Origin: Veleropilina oligotropha
Lineage: Eukaryota
DNA length: 20,000 bases
Reading direction: 5' to 3'
NCBI GenBank assembly: GCA_048128005.1
Contig: JBEUKZ010000041.1
Location: 119,507-139,506, forward strand
How positions within the stretch are numbered: the first letter of the stretch is position 1; the number at the start of each line of letters is the position of its first letter. Positions 9,427 to 18,736 of the stretch are shown piece by piece. Made by a program: the position numbers and the translations under genes. The notes under the pieces are model-generated. The model saw only the letters and a list, made by a program, of their open reading frames with translations. It was not told the DNA's origin and did no database searches.

Positions 9427-12400
9427 CTACGTCAACCGAGACAGGGTGGACGTACCCTTCTCCGCTCGATGTGGACGCTGTTTCACTTTCGCTGCTCTCT
9501 GTAAACAGTCCTGTAAATACGACTTTTTACCCTCTTCTGTTTTTAAATCAGGCGGCACATACTTTCTTTGTTTTGAACAAACATTAACCTGTATGTCCAC
9601 CTCTGAGCGATCAGACCCAATACTCAGCATCTCGACATCCCCGCGCTCCTCGATATTACGAGCACGTACACGTTTGGCTATCTCGGCCAAAGGGACATCA
9701 CTCTCATCCGACGAATGGTCGCGGAAATCTCTATGGCGTTTAACTATTCGCGATAGAGGTAATTCATCGCTCTCACTCCATTCGCTCGGATGAACTTCTG
9801 AGTCTGAATCAGAAAGGGGAGCTGCATACTTAGCTCTCCTTCCCAATCTCGCTTCTTCATTAGTTGGCAAATCCCAATTCTCGAGATTTGCCAAGCGCAA
9901 ATGCTGCGCATGTACTTTTGTCACTGACCCATCCAACTGATTTCTGATTACAAAGGTCACTGGAGTTTTCTTTTCAATTATCCTAAAATAGGGGGACCAC
10001 CTGTTCTGAAGCTTATTTCGAACTAACTTCCGATAATAAACTGGGTCTCCCACCTCTAGTTCAACTGTTTGATTGTCCTTGTTAGCCCGATCCGTTTGCT
10101 TCTTTTTCGCTGCTTTTAATCTCCTATGAACCATAACGAAAGCCTTATGTTGTTGCTCTAACGCTATCTTATGATATTCCTCTCCCATGTATTTCCTACG
10201 TGGTTTCATAATGTTATCAATAGGTAAAACCACATCCCTATTATACAACAGGAAGAAAGGAGAATACTTAGTTGATTCGCTCACATTGAATCTGATAGCA
10301 GCCAAAGACTGATTTAAATGTATATCCCAAGTATCCAATCGGTCGTTCAACTTTTTAGACATTATATCATGCAGGGTACGGTGGAACCTTTCTACTTTAG
10401 CATTACCCTGTGGGTGATAATATGCTGTAGTTACATGATTAATGTTTAGCTGCTTAAATGTTTCCCTCATGACCGAATTGACAAATTCAGACCCGTTGTC
10501 GGTTATGATCTCAAGTGGGGTCCCAAAGCGAGGTACAATTTCATCAATTAGCAGGTGACTTACAGTCTCTGCAGATTTATCACTGACGGGAAAGGCTTCA
10601 ACCCAACCACTGAACCAATCTATGAAACCCACTATATACCTATTCCCCGACAAAGATGTCGGATAAGGTCCACTCAGGTCTAAACCAACTTTCGCAAACG
10701 GATATGGTGGTATTCCCGTTTCTTGCATTCTGGGATTCGCCCTTCTTGCAGTTCGCTGTTGACATATGATGCATCTGTCAACGTACAAGTTCAAATCTTT
10801 GTACAAATTCGGCCAGTAATATTTCAGTTTTATTGAAGAATAACATTTGGACAAAGCCATATGACCGTTCAAGTCATGGTATTGAATGACTATGTCTTCT
10901 CTCAGCTGACTAGGGATATACAATCTCAGTATCGGCTCATCGTCCGGATCGGATATAAAATACAATAGACGGTCTACAACAATAAACCGCCTGCCTATTT
11001 TCTTAGAAAACTCCACCTGCCTTAACTTCTCTTTAATTTCAACTATTTCGGGATCTGCTTCCTGTTCTACAACCATATCCTTACCGATTACTGTGGGGAG
11101 TACTTGTTCTACTTCCTCCTCTACCTGATAACTCACAAAGTCCTTAGGTTGGAACCTGTTTGAATCCAAGACTCGAATCTCCAACGTCTTATCATTGACA
11201 TCAGGTTCATTGTCAGTATCCTCATCAATGATCTCGGATTTGATAGGTGACCTTGACAATAAATCAGCCACAGTATTCTCGATTCCAGGGATATATTCTA
11301 TCTTACAATTGTACCCTGAAATACCCAATGCCCATAACTGAATCTTTCTATTTTCCATTGGAGAGGACAAAAGGTATGTCAAAGGTCTATGGTCAGTTCG
11401 AATTATAAATGTAGCCCCACTCAGATAGAAATCTAACTTCTGCAGAGCATAATGGATAGCGAAACATTCCCTCTCGATAACAGACCATTTCTTCTGACTT
11501 TTATTCAACTTGTGAGACAAGAAATAAATCGGTTGCTCTGCTTTCCTGTTAGGTAATATGCTCTTGACCTCATCATCACATAACTGAGTCAAGCAAGCCC
11601 CTACACACTGGTCACTAGCATCTGTGTACAAAATGTACGGTTTGTTTGGATCTGGATAATATAATTATGGTACAGCTGTTAAATCAGATTTCAATTTTTC
11701 AAACGCATGGGTACAATCCGCTGTCCACTTAAATTTAGCATATTTCTTTGTCAGCTCTATTAAAGGCCCATCAATTTCCGAGAACCCTGGTATAAAAAGG
11801 CGATAATATGAACAAGCGCCGATGAAGGCCCTAATTTCTTTCACACTACTCGGTGTAGCTAACGATCGAATCGCTACTACCTTCTCTGGATCTGGCTGGA
11901 TACCCTTAGCACTGACTATAAAACCTAAATAGTTCACCTCTGGTTTTACAAAGTGGCACTTCGACATTTTTAAGCGCAGATCATGCAATCTTAACCTATC
12001 AAACACTTTCTGGATATGAACCAAATGATCCTCCAAGGTCGATGAAAATATCAAAATATCATCTATATAGGGGGTACAAAATGATTCATAACCTTCCAGT
12101 GCACGTGACATTGCTTCCTGAAATATACCACATGCTGATGATATTCCGAATGGCATTACGTTGAATTGAAACAATCCCTTATGACATACAAACGCTGTTT
12201 TCTCTTTATCTTGAGAGTCCATGGGTATTTGCCAATAACCACTCCTTAAATCTAAGGTCGTAAAATAACACGACCCTCTCAAGACTGAAAGCATTGTGTC
12301 AATCAATGGGACTGGGTATGCTGTAATTTTCGAAATCTTATTTAGTTCTCTAAAATCAATACAGAATCGATTTGTTGAATCTTTTTTCTTTACTATAACA

Positions 12401-13480
12401 ATGGGGAAAGACCACGGGCTATGAGACCTTTCTATGATCCCTGCTCCTAACATTTCTTGGATCGCGTCCTCTACAATTTGCATTTTCTTTAAAGGGGTCT
12501 TATACTGTCTCATTTTAATGGGAGGATGATCTCCCGTATCAATTTTCATCGTTGTCAGGTCAGTTTTCCCTAAATCAAAATTATCCCTAGCAAAAATATC
12601 CACGTTCCTATCTATCACAGATGCAATTTTATCCATGACTTCTGTCTGGTGGCGCCTTGATATCTTGTCTCCTGACCTTATCCGGTCGTTGACTTTGAGA
12701 CGTTTTCAATATTTGTTCAGCTGTTACAAGGTTGTCCACTCTGACTGACTCGGCATTTCCCAAGATCAGTCCCTCACGCAGATTGAAACTCTTATCCGTT
12801 TGATTAACTATCATTATTTGAAATCGATTATGCCCATTTAATTTAGAAACTGAATTTACCACAGACAAACCGGGTTCAGAATTTAAACAATCAAGACTAT
12901 CACCTCTTAATTCTATCAACTCTGACTCGGAATCATAATGACGTTTCATTTTTCCAACGCACAATACTCTGGTCTGCGGTTTTATTTTTATAGTGTTCGC
13001 CAGTCGTGCTAATGACGAAATATGAGCGTCCGCCTGCAGTGACACATATGTTTTACCAATACGCATGGCAGACAAGTCGAAATATAAACGCACGCCGTAT
13101 TTATTCAAGAAGTCGCTACCAAGTAACAAATTTCGATTCATTTTCGGTACTACATAAAACTCTTGTTCCAATTTTTCACCACCTAATTCGAATTTACACA
13201 AAAAACAACCACTAACTGGGAAATTATCACCACTGACTGTCTGAAATTTCGGCAATTTCCTTCTAAATAACACCGGTTGACCTTTTAAAGAACGATACAA
13301 CGTCTCACTCATTAAAGACATATCTGCTCCAGTGTCAATCAGTGCTCTAGCACGAACTTGACCAATTTTTAATATACAAGAATTTAAATCACGATTTCTA
13401 TTTACTGCCCTGATGATTGGTTTGCTAACTCTTATGCCGCTCCTCCCAACGACTCTCTGAGAGGAACGTTTTAGTTTAAA
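9427..13480 (-). pseudogene. pol: Pol polyprotein PR-(dUTPase-like fold?)-RT-RNase H-integrase; frameshift at ~12641-12648 and nonsense TAA at 11665-11667
   Basis: Protease ALIDTGAD upstream of 13321. RT: RFCIDFRELN, LDLRSGYWQ, MPFG, YIDD. RNase H: YTDAS, ERE, TDH. Integrase: H-H-C-C, GLD, TDNG, KVERF. ORFs 11665-12636 and 9427-11631 share a frame across one stop. Confidence 0.95.
13438..13480 (-). promoter_or_regulatory. -1 programmed ribosomal frameshift signal (U UUA AAC + stem-loop) joining gag to pol
   Basis: Gag ends AAT TTA AAC TAA. The -1 frame runs open to DTGAD. After a 5-nt spacer, CGTTCCTCTCAG pairs with TTGGGAGGAGCG (12 bp including G-U pairs). Confidence 0.88.
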
Positions 13481-14451
13481 TTCTCAGTACTTCTTCCAGC
13501 TGGCCCATTTCCTCTCCAAGGCCGCTGTGAACCTCTAGACCTGTATTTCGGGCAGTCCCACTTATGGGTACTGACCCCATCTAGGCATCCCCAGCACTTG
13601 TCACAAGTCCTCCGTACGTGACCCTTCTGTCCGCAACCCAAACAAATTAAGTCTGTCCGGTTTCTCGCAACAGTTGTCACCCGTCCTGTCATACGGCAGT
13701 CTCTTGTCCAGTGACCTGGTCGGTTACACTGCCTACAGTATTTCTGTCGGGAGCTGTCGACTTCCATCGGCGTCTCTACTCGATCCATTGTCTCTTGTCT
13801 ATTTCTAAAATGGGGTCTCTCGTCGCCCACATTTTTGCCTAACCTTAAGTTAAAGCGTTTAAATAATCGCTGCTCTTTGGCAGCAGTATTCACTGCGTCA
13901 TTCAAGACTGTTGGTGCATCTCGCATCAACCTCAACTTTATTTTATCACTTTCCAGTCCGTCGACAAAGAATCCTATTACCTGGCTTTCCAGCATACGGT
14001 TGTCACCGTTGACCACATACTCCGGAAACGCAGATGTGGCCAAATCTATCAGCCTCTCTGCATAGATTTGTATATTTTCCCCTGATTTCTGCTTAATACG
14101 CTTTAAGAGCGAAAGAGCAAACTGAGGATCTGTAATGTCGTCAAACTTACTTGCTAAAATTGCCTTCAATTCCAGCCAAGTTGTATCATTATTTTCAGAA
14201 AGATATCTCGCTATGAAATCCGACACCGGACCACGCGCAGTTTGAAAAGCTACTTCCCTAATACGGTTCGATGATAAGTGTGTTAATACACTATATTTCT
14301 CCAAACCTTTTATCCATTCTTTAAATAGCTTAGCTTCACCAGCGTAAGGTGCCACAATAGCGTTCACTCCCTGCGTTGATACGATAGAAGTTAAGCCTGA
14401 AATTTGGGTAGTTAATTGATCGAGCACTGGTAAATAAGCGGGTTCGGCCAT
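13471..14451 (-). CDS. gag: Gag with two CCHC zinc knuckles and an extra Cys/His cluster
   Basis: Capsid-like region (IKQKSGENIQIYAERL, FFVDGL), PMEVD motif, CRQCNRPGHWTRDC and CLGCGQKGHVRRTC. The ORF is intact. Confidence 0.93.
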   Translation of the reverse strand: MAEPAYLPVLDQLTTQISGLTSIVSTQGVNAIVAPYAGEAKLFKEWIKGLEKYSVLTHLSSNRIREVAFQTARGPVSDFIARYLSENNDTTWLELKAILASKFDDITDPQFALSLLKRIKQKSGENIQIYAERLIDLATSAFPEYVVNGDNRMLESQVIGFFVDGLESDKIKLRLMRDAPTVLNDAVNTAAKEQRLFKRFNLRLGKNVGDERPHFRNRQETMDRVETPMEVDSSRQKYCRQCNRPGHWTRDCRMTGRVTTVARNRTDLICLGCGQKGHVRRTCDKCWGCLDGVSTHKWDCPKYRSRGSQRPWRGNGPAGRSTENLN

Positions 14452-14526
14452 TTTAATGATAATTACGTTTTAAATATTTGTCAGGTATAATTTACAAAAT
14501 GCAGACATATTATATGACACACTCAC

Positions 14527-14654
14527 CCTAATTTACTGCAAACTGCTCCACGTTGATATTTCTCTTCCATTGCGCTATGTCTTTTGGTATCCCGGTCTGC
14601 CTCCATTTCTTTTCTGCAACAATCCTCTGCGGTATGTTGATATTCGTAGGTCAT
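14527..14654 (-). CDS. Leader exon (42 codons + 2 nt) predicted to splice in frame to env
   Basis: MTYEYQHTAEDCCRKEMEADRDTKRHSAMEEKYQRGAVCSKL-GG|GTGAGT, with the donor consensus at 14526-14521. Confidence 0.6.
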
Positions 14655-14672
14655 CCCGGTCACGGCGCACCA
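14653..14672 (-). other. Primer binding site, tRNA-His-like
   Basis: TGGTGCGCCGTGACCGGGAT resembles the complement of the tRNA-His 3' end (TGGTGCCGTGACNNGGAT) with an extra GC, and lies next to the 5' LTR. Confidence 0.75.
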
Positions 14673-14673
14673 A

Positions 14674-15729
14674 TTTAACACCTGTTACACAGCGGGGGAG
14701 ATGATGTTGCCCAGATCGGACTCCTGGAACTGGCGGAACGCCCGACACCGCGCAACAGTGTTAATGGGATCAATGATATATTGTTCTGTAGTCTGGCATA
14801 TATGTTCGGAGAACAACGCTAGGAGGTTACTGGTTTCCATCATTCGTGTCGTCTAGTGTTCTATAGAGTATCTACAGTTCGCTGGCTTTAAAGCCATTTC
14901 CAGCCAACTGTATACTCGTAACTCAAGTTTCTGTCTCTACTCAGTAGCCGGCTCGGGTCATTCCGACATCTAGGACCGTTGTGCTATCCATGACGGAATG
15001 CGGTGGTATAGGATAATATCCCCGTGACAAGACACTATCTGCTGGAGTCGCTACTTTTACATCTCGCTACAGCATCACAAGGCATTTGTAAGTTCGGACG
15101 ATTAATTTATATCTGTCCTCGACATAGTTCAAATTACATAGTATACTTCCATGTCGATACAATCAATAGTAGCGTAGATATAAGTTCTAACTAAACATAT
15201 TTATATATGTACAAATGAGCCTCGCACAGTTATACGTGCACCCTAGATGTTGACTAGGTAAAGACTGCCGCTGTCGGCCGCGCACAGGCACCAAACCCAC
15301 TTCCCCGACCCTCGTCTCAACCAATCGGATCTCGTGCTTTTGGTTTCGCCCAGCTATTCTCGTACATTAAATCATCTGCAATACACGCATTTGACATGGA
15401 ATGACGAATCGACCATCTGTCTCATAACCACAGAATACGGGCGTCATTCCTTGTGAACTCGGAACTAAACATCATTAATCTCTTTCAGTTATATCAATAT
15501 GTCAGAATTACGTGACGTCAACAGCTACTATCAGGCAACTAGATGTCATTACAATATACACACAATTATCTTAGATCACAGGTCAAGATTAATCATTGCT
15601 GGCAGGATTGCTCGGTGCGATGTCATTAGTGCTTTGACTCATAGTAAAAACATATACGCAATAGTACAATAGTAATTAACTATAATAAAGATCTACTCAT
15701 TAAGTGCATTTAGGCATCATATTGTAACA
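14674..15729 (-). repeat. 5' LTR (inner boundary 14674 or 14683)
   Basis: Copy of 4059-5092 with extra sequence near the U5 end. Starts TGTTACA at 15729 on the minus strand. Confidence 0.93.
15198..15520 (-). promoter_or_regulatory. Putative LTR U3 Pol II promoter: TATATAAATA (15207-15198), CCAAT (~15321), CRE TGACGTCA (15513-15520)
   Basis: Motifs are in a plausible order for minus-strand transcription and recur at 4561-4883. No canonical AATAAA was found downstream in the LTR. Confidence 0.45.
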
Positions 15730-16066
15730 CAACGGCTATCTGGGTCCAATTGAATGGGTCCGATTTCCGTGTAGCTGACTTTTCGACCGCGGTCACCTCG
15801 GCTGGGGCACCACTGTGTTTTTGTTGGGGCTGTGCCTCCGGTAGGTCTGAAGGAACTTCGCTGACGGATACTTGTCGAGCGTCTTCTTTGAGTCTTCTAA
15901 CGTCAGCAAGGAGCCTCTCCTGCTTGACTTTCCGAGCAGCAGCACCGGCCCGACCCGCAGCCACCTTCTTAGGGTCCTTTTTACTCACTGATGAGTCTGT
16001 CGAAGAAGTCACCCTCTCTATCGGCGGGCTCGGTGCCGAAATTTGGTCCACTTCCAGCGTTGTCAT
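15730..16066 (-). pseudogene. 5' part of the split membrane-protein gene (basic KKDPKKVAAGRAGAAARK segment, coiled coil)
   Basis: The ORF runs into the LTR terminus at WTQIAV. The rejoined product is 163 aa from the ATG at 16066. Confidence 0.8.
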
Positions 16067-16742
16067 CTTGATCTCGCTCTCGCTCTGATATTTTAGGCGG
16101 GCAAACATGTCCAAATTGGCAGTGCTTCGCAGTGGTCAACACGGCGGTCAGCGGCGCTAGCCACATGCCATACTTATAATACAGCTCACAGCTTGCACCG
16201 CGGAGAGCATGGGCGATGAAAGGATCGGCCTCGAGGTCAGCGACCAGACGTGGTTGGTTCTCCGGCGGAATGGGCAAGAACATCCCAGCTGCACCCGCAT
16301 ACAGCTGTATAGCAGCGGCCCCCAGGGTCTTCGTCATGTCAGCACCTAGCTTCGCTTCATACCGTGCATGGTGTTTCTCAACCTCGTCGTCAGTCATATC
16401 GTCGATTCGGTCAACCGTGAGGTTTCTCCCCAAGTATTTGCTGGCATCCCCTCCAATGGCTAACGCGGCAAGCCTCTCCCGCTTCTTTGTCATCCCTATG
16501 GAGCCACTGACAGGTTCCTCGTGCTGCGAGCAGCGTTTGGTCGTCGAGCCATGGCCGCCCACGGTCGTTTCTTCCTCGTCATCCATGAGTTGGTCGAAAA
16601 GACTGTCCATCCTGAGTCGTTTCCAACATCTTCGGAGCGGTCTAATATAACAGTACAGCCAGTACCACCCCCCCCCCCCCACGAGTAACAGCAACGTCAG
16701 GCTTTGGCTGCAAGCAAAAGCTATGTAAACAGCGTCCGACAT
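15981..16742 (-). CDS. Hypothetical protein with N-terminal hydrophobic segment and helical core
   Basis: 253 aa ATG ORF in the viral gene run. It crosses a C13 tract (~16668-16680), so the N-terminal part may be a separate small ORF. Confidence 0.65.
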   Translation of the reverse strand: MSDAVYIAFACSQSLTLLLLVGGGGWYWLYCYIRPLRRCWKRLRMDSLFDQLMDDEEETTVGGHGSTTKRCSQHEEPVSGSIGMTKKRERLAALAIGGDASKYLGRNLTVDRIDDMTDDEVEKHHARYEAKLGADMTKTLGAAAIQLYAGAAGMFLPIPPENQPRLVADLEADPFIAHALRGASCELYYKYGMWLAPLTAVLTTAKHCQFGHVCPPKISERERDQDDNAGSGPNFGTEPADREGDFFDRLISE

Positions 16743-16784
16743 GCCTAGCTAGCTAAGTAGCTGCTAGGTAGATGCTGGTAGATG

Positions 16785-17418
16785 CTACAGCACACTATAG
16801 GCAACGGGCTGATCGGTCTTTAACAGCAGCTTTGTGTGTCGGGTCTCGGCCAAAAGCCGGTGCACTGCGGTTCTCTCGTCGCAGGATGAGATAACATCGT
16901 TCTCGCGCAGACAGTCCTCGAAACTGTCGCGGTCCTTGCAATGGAACAGCGCAACCCAGCGGGTCTGCTCTCTGAGTTCCTTCAAGACCGAGTTGTATTT
17001 TTGCGTCACTACCCATACGCTCTGTTCGGCGTGCCTTCTGCTGAAGGCCAACAAAGTCAACATATCCCTCCTCTTGGCTAGGGCTTTGCTGGCGGCGCAG
17101 TCGTCGATGATGTAGAGGGTTGGTTCCCCCTGGAACAGCCGGTAGAACGCCCGCAACCAGTCATGGAGTCGCTCACCGGGGGGGGATCAAGTACACCTCA
17201 GGGTCGGTCCAGATCCACGGACAAGACTGGTATGCCTGATTGAACTTGATCGTTGGGCATAGAATGACGATGTGTCGGAACACTCCTAGGTACTCCCCCT
17301 CCAGAAGTTCAAGCATGAAAACCGTTTTCCCACAGCCAGTCTGGCCACAGATGATTGCGGAGTGGGGTTCCTTGGTGTGCGGAAATCTTTTAGTACAGTG
17401 CGGCGACGAATCGGCCAT
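16785..17418 (-). pseudogene. A32/FtsK-HerA family genome-packaging ATPase, frameshifted at a G8 run (17178-17185)
   Basis: Walker A IICGQTGCGKT, Walker B LYIIDD, and RHAEQSVWVVTQ. Deleting one base in the run gives YLIPPGERLHDWLRAFY and joins the two ORFs. Confidence 0.88.
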
Positions 17419-18694
17419 TCTCGATATTCAGCTGTGCATCCATTACCACGTACAGGTAAACGTTCAACGAGCCGGCTGCCTCGCCTATCTTAGTTATCTG
17501 GATGGTAATGCCCTCGCTGGCGTTATCTACTTTCCGGCCTGACCCATGCAGTGCGTCGTCGTCGGTGACGCGCATGTCGATCCACAGGGCATACTTTTTT
17601 GTCAGAAACTGGCCCAGGGTGACGTCGGCCAATTCCAAGTCCTTGGCAACCAACGCCACCTCAGGATGGCGCTTGCTGATCGGGGAGGAGGCGAAGAATC
17701 TCCTGGCTTCGTCCCACATCTGGTAGGAACGCATGCCCTGGCTGTATATTTGATTCGGCACACCCTCAATGGTGACCTCGACCTTCGTGATCTTCGGATT
17801 GTAGAAGGCCTCGGTGTCCCTCGCAAATGGTGCGGCGTCTCTCGCAGGATCCTCGAACAGAAGTAGGATTCCCTTCATGGATTTCGCCGGTACATTCAAA
17901 TTTAAGTTCCACAAAGTGTCGCTTTTGTCTCTGGTGATCTTACGATGCCGCAGGACACGGTCGTAAAGGATTGCGAGGCGGCCCGAGTATTGGTTTTTGA
18001 TCAATCTGGCCAGCTCAAGATTAGTGACCATGTCGTATTCCAGGCTGATATTGTCGATGCCGTAGCTGGAGCTGGGGTCATCGGTGTCCCTGATCGTCCG
18101 GGAGTAGTCGTTGAACGTGAGTTCGTACTCAAGACGGTCCCCCAACGCACTTTGGTAGAACGGCATGTGGCTCTCCAGCAACTCGAAGTCCAGCGGGATG
18201 CGGAACCTCGGACCGTAAGCGTCCGAGATGGCCGTGTCCTCAGACCGTCTGAATGCGCCCTCAGCGCCGACACGGTTCTTCGTCGTGTTGTGGCTGTCGC
18301 TGGTATCAATACCCTGATATTGGGCATTCTTGCGCTCCCCAGCGGTCTTCCAGAGATCGCAGTAGCAGTGGTACACGTCAGAGTCATCTATAGACATGAC
18401 TTCGTTCCCACTGATCTTTATCGTGGTCTTCTTGACCACGGCGCGTCCGATATTCTGAACTACAGTTCTGTTCGGGTTAGCCGAGGTCAGAGAAATGGTG
18501 AATGCGAGGTGGGCAGTCCCTGGCACGATAACGTCGTGAGTCCCGAGATTCGGGAACCGAACCAACAGCTGCTGGTTGGCGGCGATCGTGGATGGGTTGT
18601 TCGTTATGGTGACCGACTGGCGGACCCCTTTCACCCCAAGAGGCTCTCGAAGTCTGCGGTATGGATCCAACGTGCGTCCATACGGGCTGGCCAT
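17390..18694 (-). CDS. Probable double-jelly-roll major capsid protein (434 aa, start MASPYGR)
   Basis: Beta-strand-rich pattern with VVKKTTIKISGNEVMSID, IPLDF, LEYELTF and ITKVEVTIEG. Size and position beside the packaging ATPase fit. The ORF is intact. Confidence 0.72.
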   Translation of the reverse strand: MASPYGRTLDPYRRLREPLGVKGVRQSVTITNNPSTIAANQQLLVRFPNLGTHDVIVPGTAHLAFTISLTSANPNRTVVQNIGRAVVKKTTIKISGNEVMSIDDSDVYHCYCDLWKTAGERKNAQYQGIDTSDSHNTTKNRVGAEGAFRRSEDTAISDAYGPRFRIPLDFELLESHMPFYQSALGDRLEYELTFNDYSRTIRDTDDPSSSYGIDNISLEYDMVTNLELARLIKNQYSGRLAILYDRVLRHRKITRDKSDTLWNLNLNVPAKSMKGILLLFEDPARDAAPFARDTEAFYNPKITKVEVTIEGVPNQIYSQGMRSYQMWDEARRFFASSPISKRHPEVALVAKDLELADVTLGQFLTKKYALWIDMRVTDDDALHGSGRKVDNASEGITIQITKIGEAAGSLNVYLYVVMDAQLNIENGRFVAALY

Positions 18695-18736
18695 GTTGTT
18701 GTCTGAATTAGATGCGTACCCCACCGGTGTATTCAA

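Larger units (their letters stand above)
4059..15729 (-). mobile_element. Full-length Ty3/gypsy LTR retroelement with F-type env (errantivirus-like endogenous retrovirus)
   Basis: Two LTRs, outer termini TGTTACA...TGTAACA, flanks CACC/CAAC, PBS, PPT, and gene order gag-PR-RT-RH-IN-env. Confidence 0.96.

Noticed and set aside
16745..16790. CTAG/GGTAGATGCT microrepeats between the ATPase and the next gene as a regulatory element
   Set aside because: Too short and low in complexity to support a function from sequence alone.
17945..18706. 253-aa plus-strand ORF (also 2205-2774, 704-1126, 16216-16650 and others)
   Set aside because: These are antisense shadows of well-supported genes in GC-rich sequence and have no motifs.
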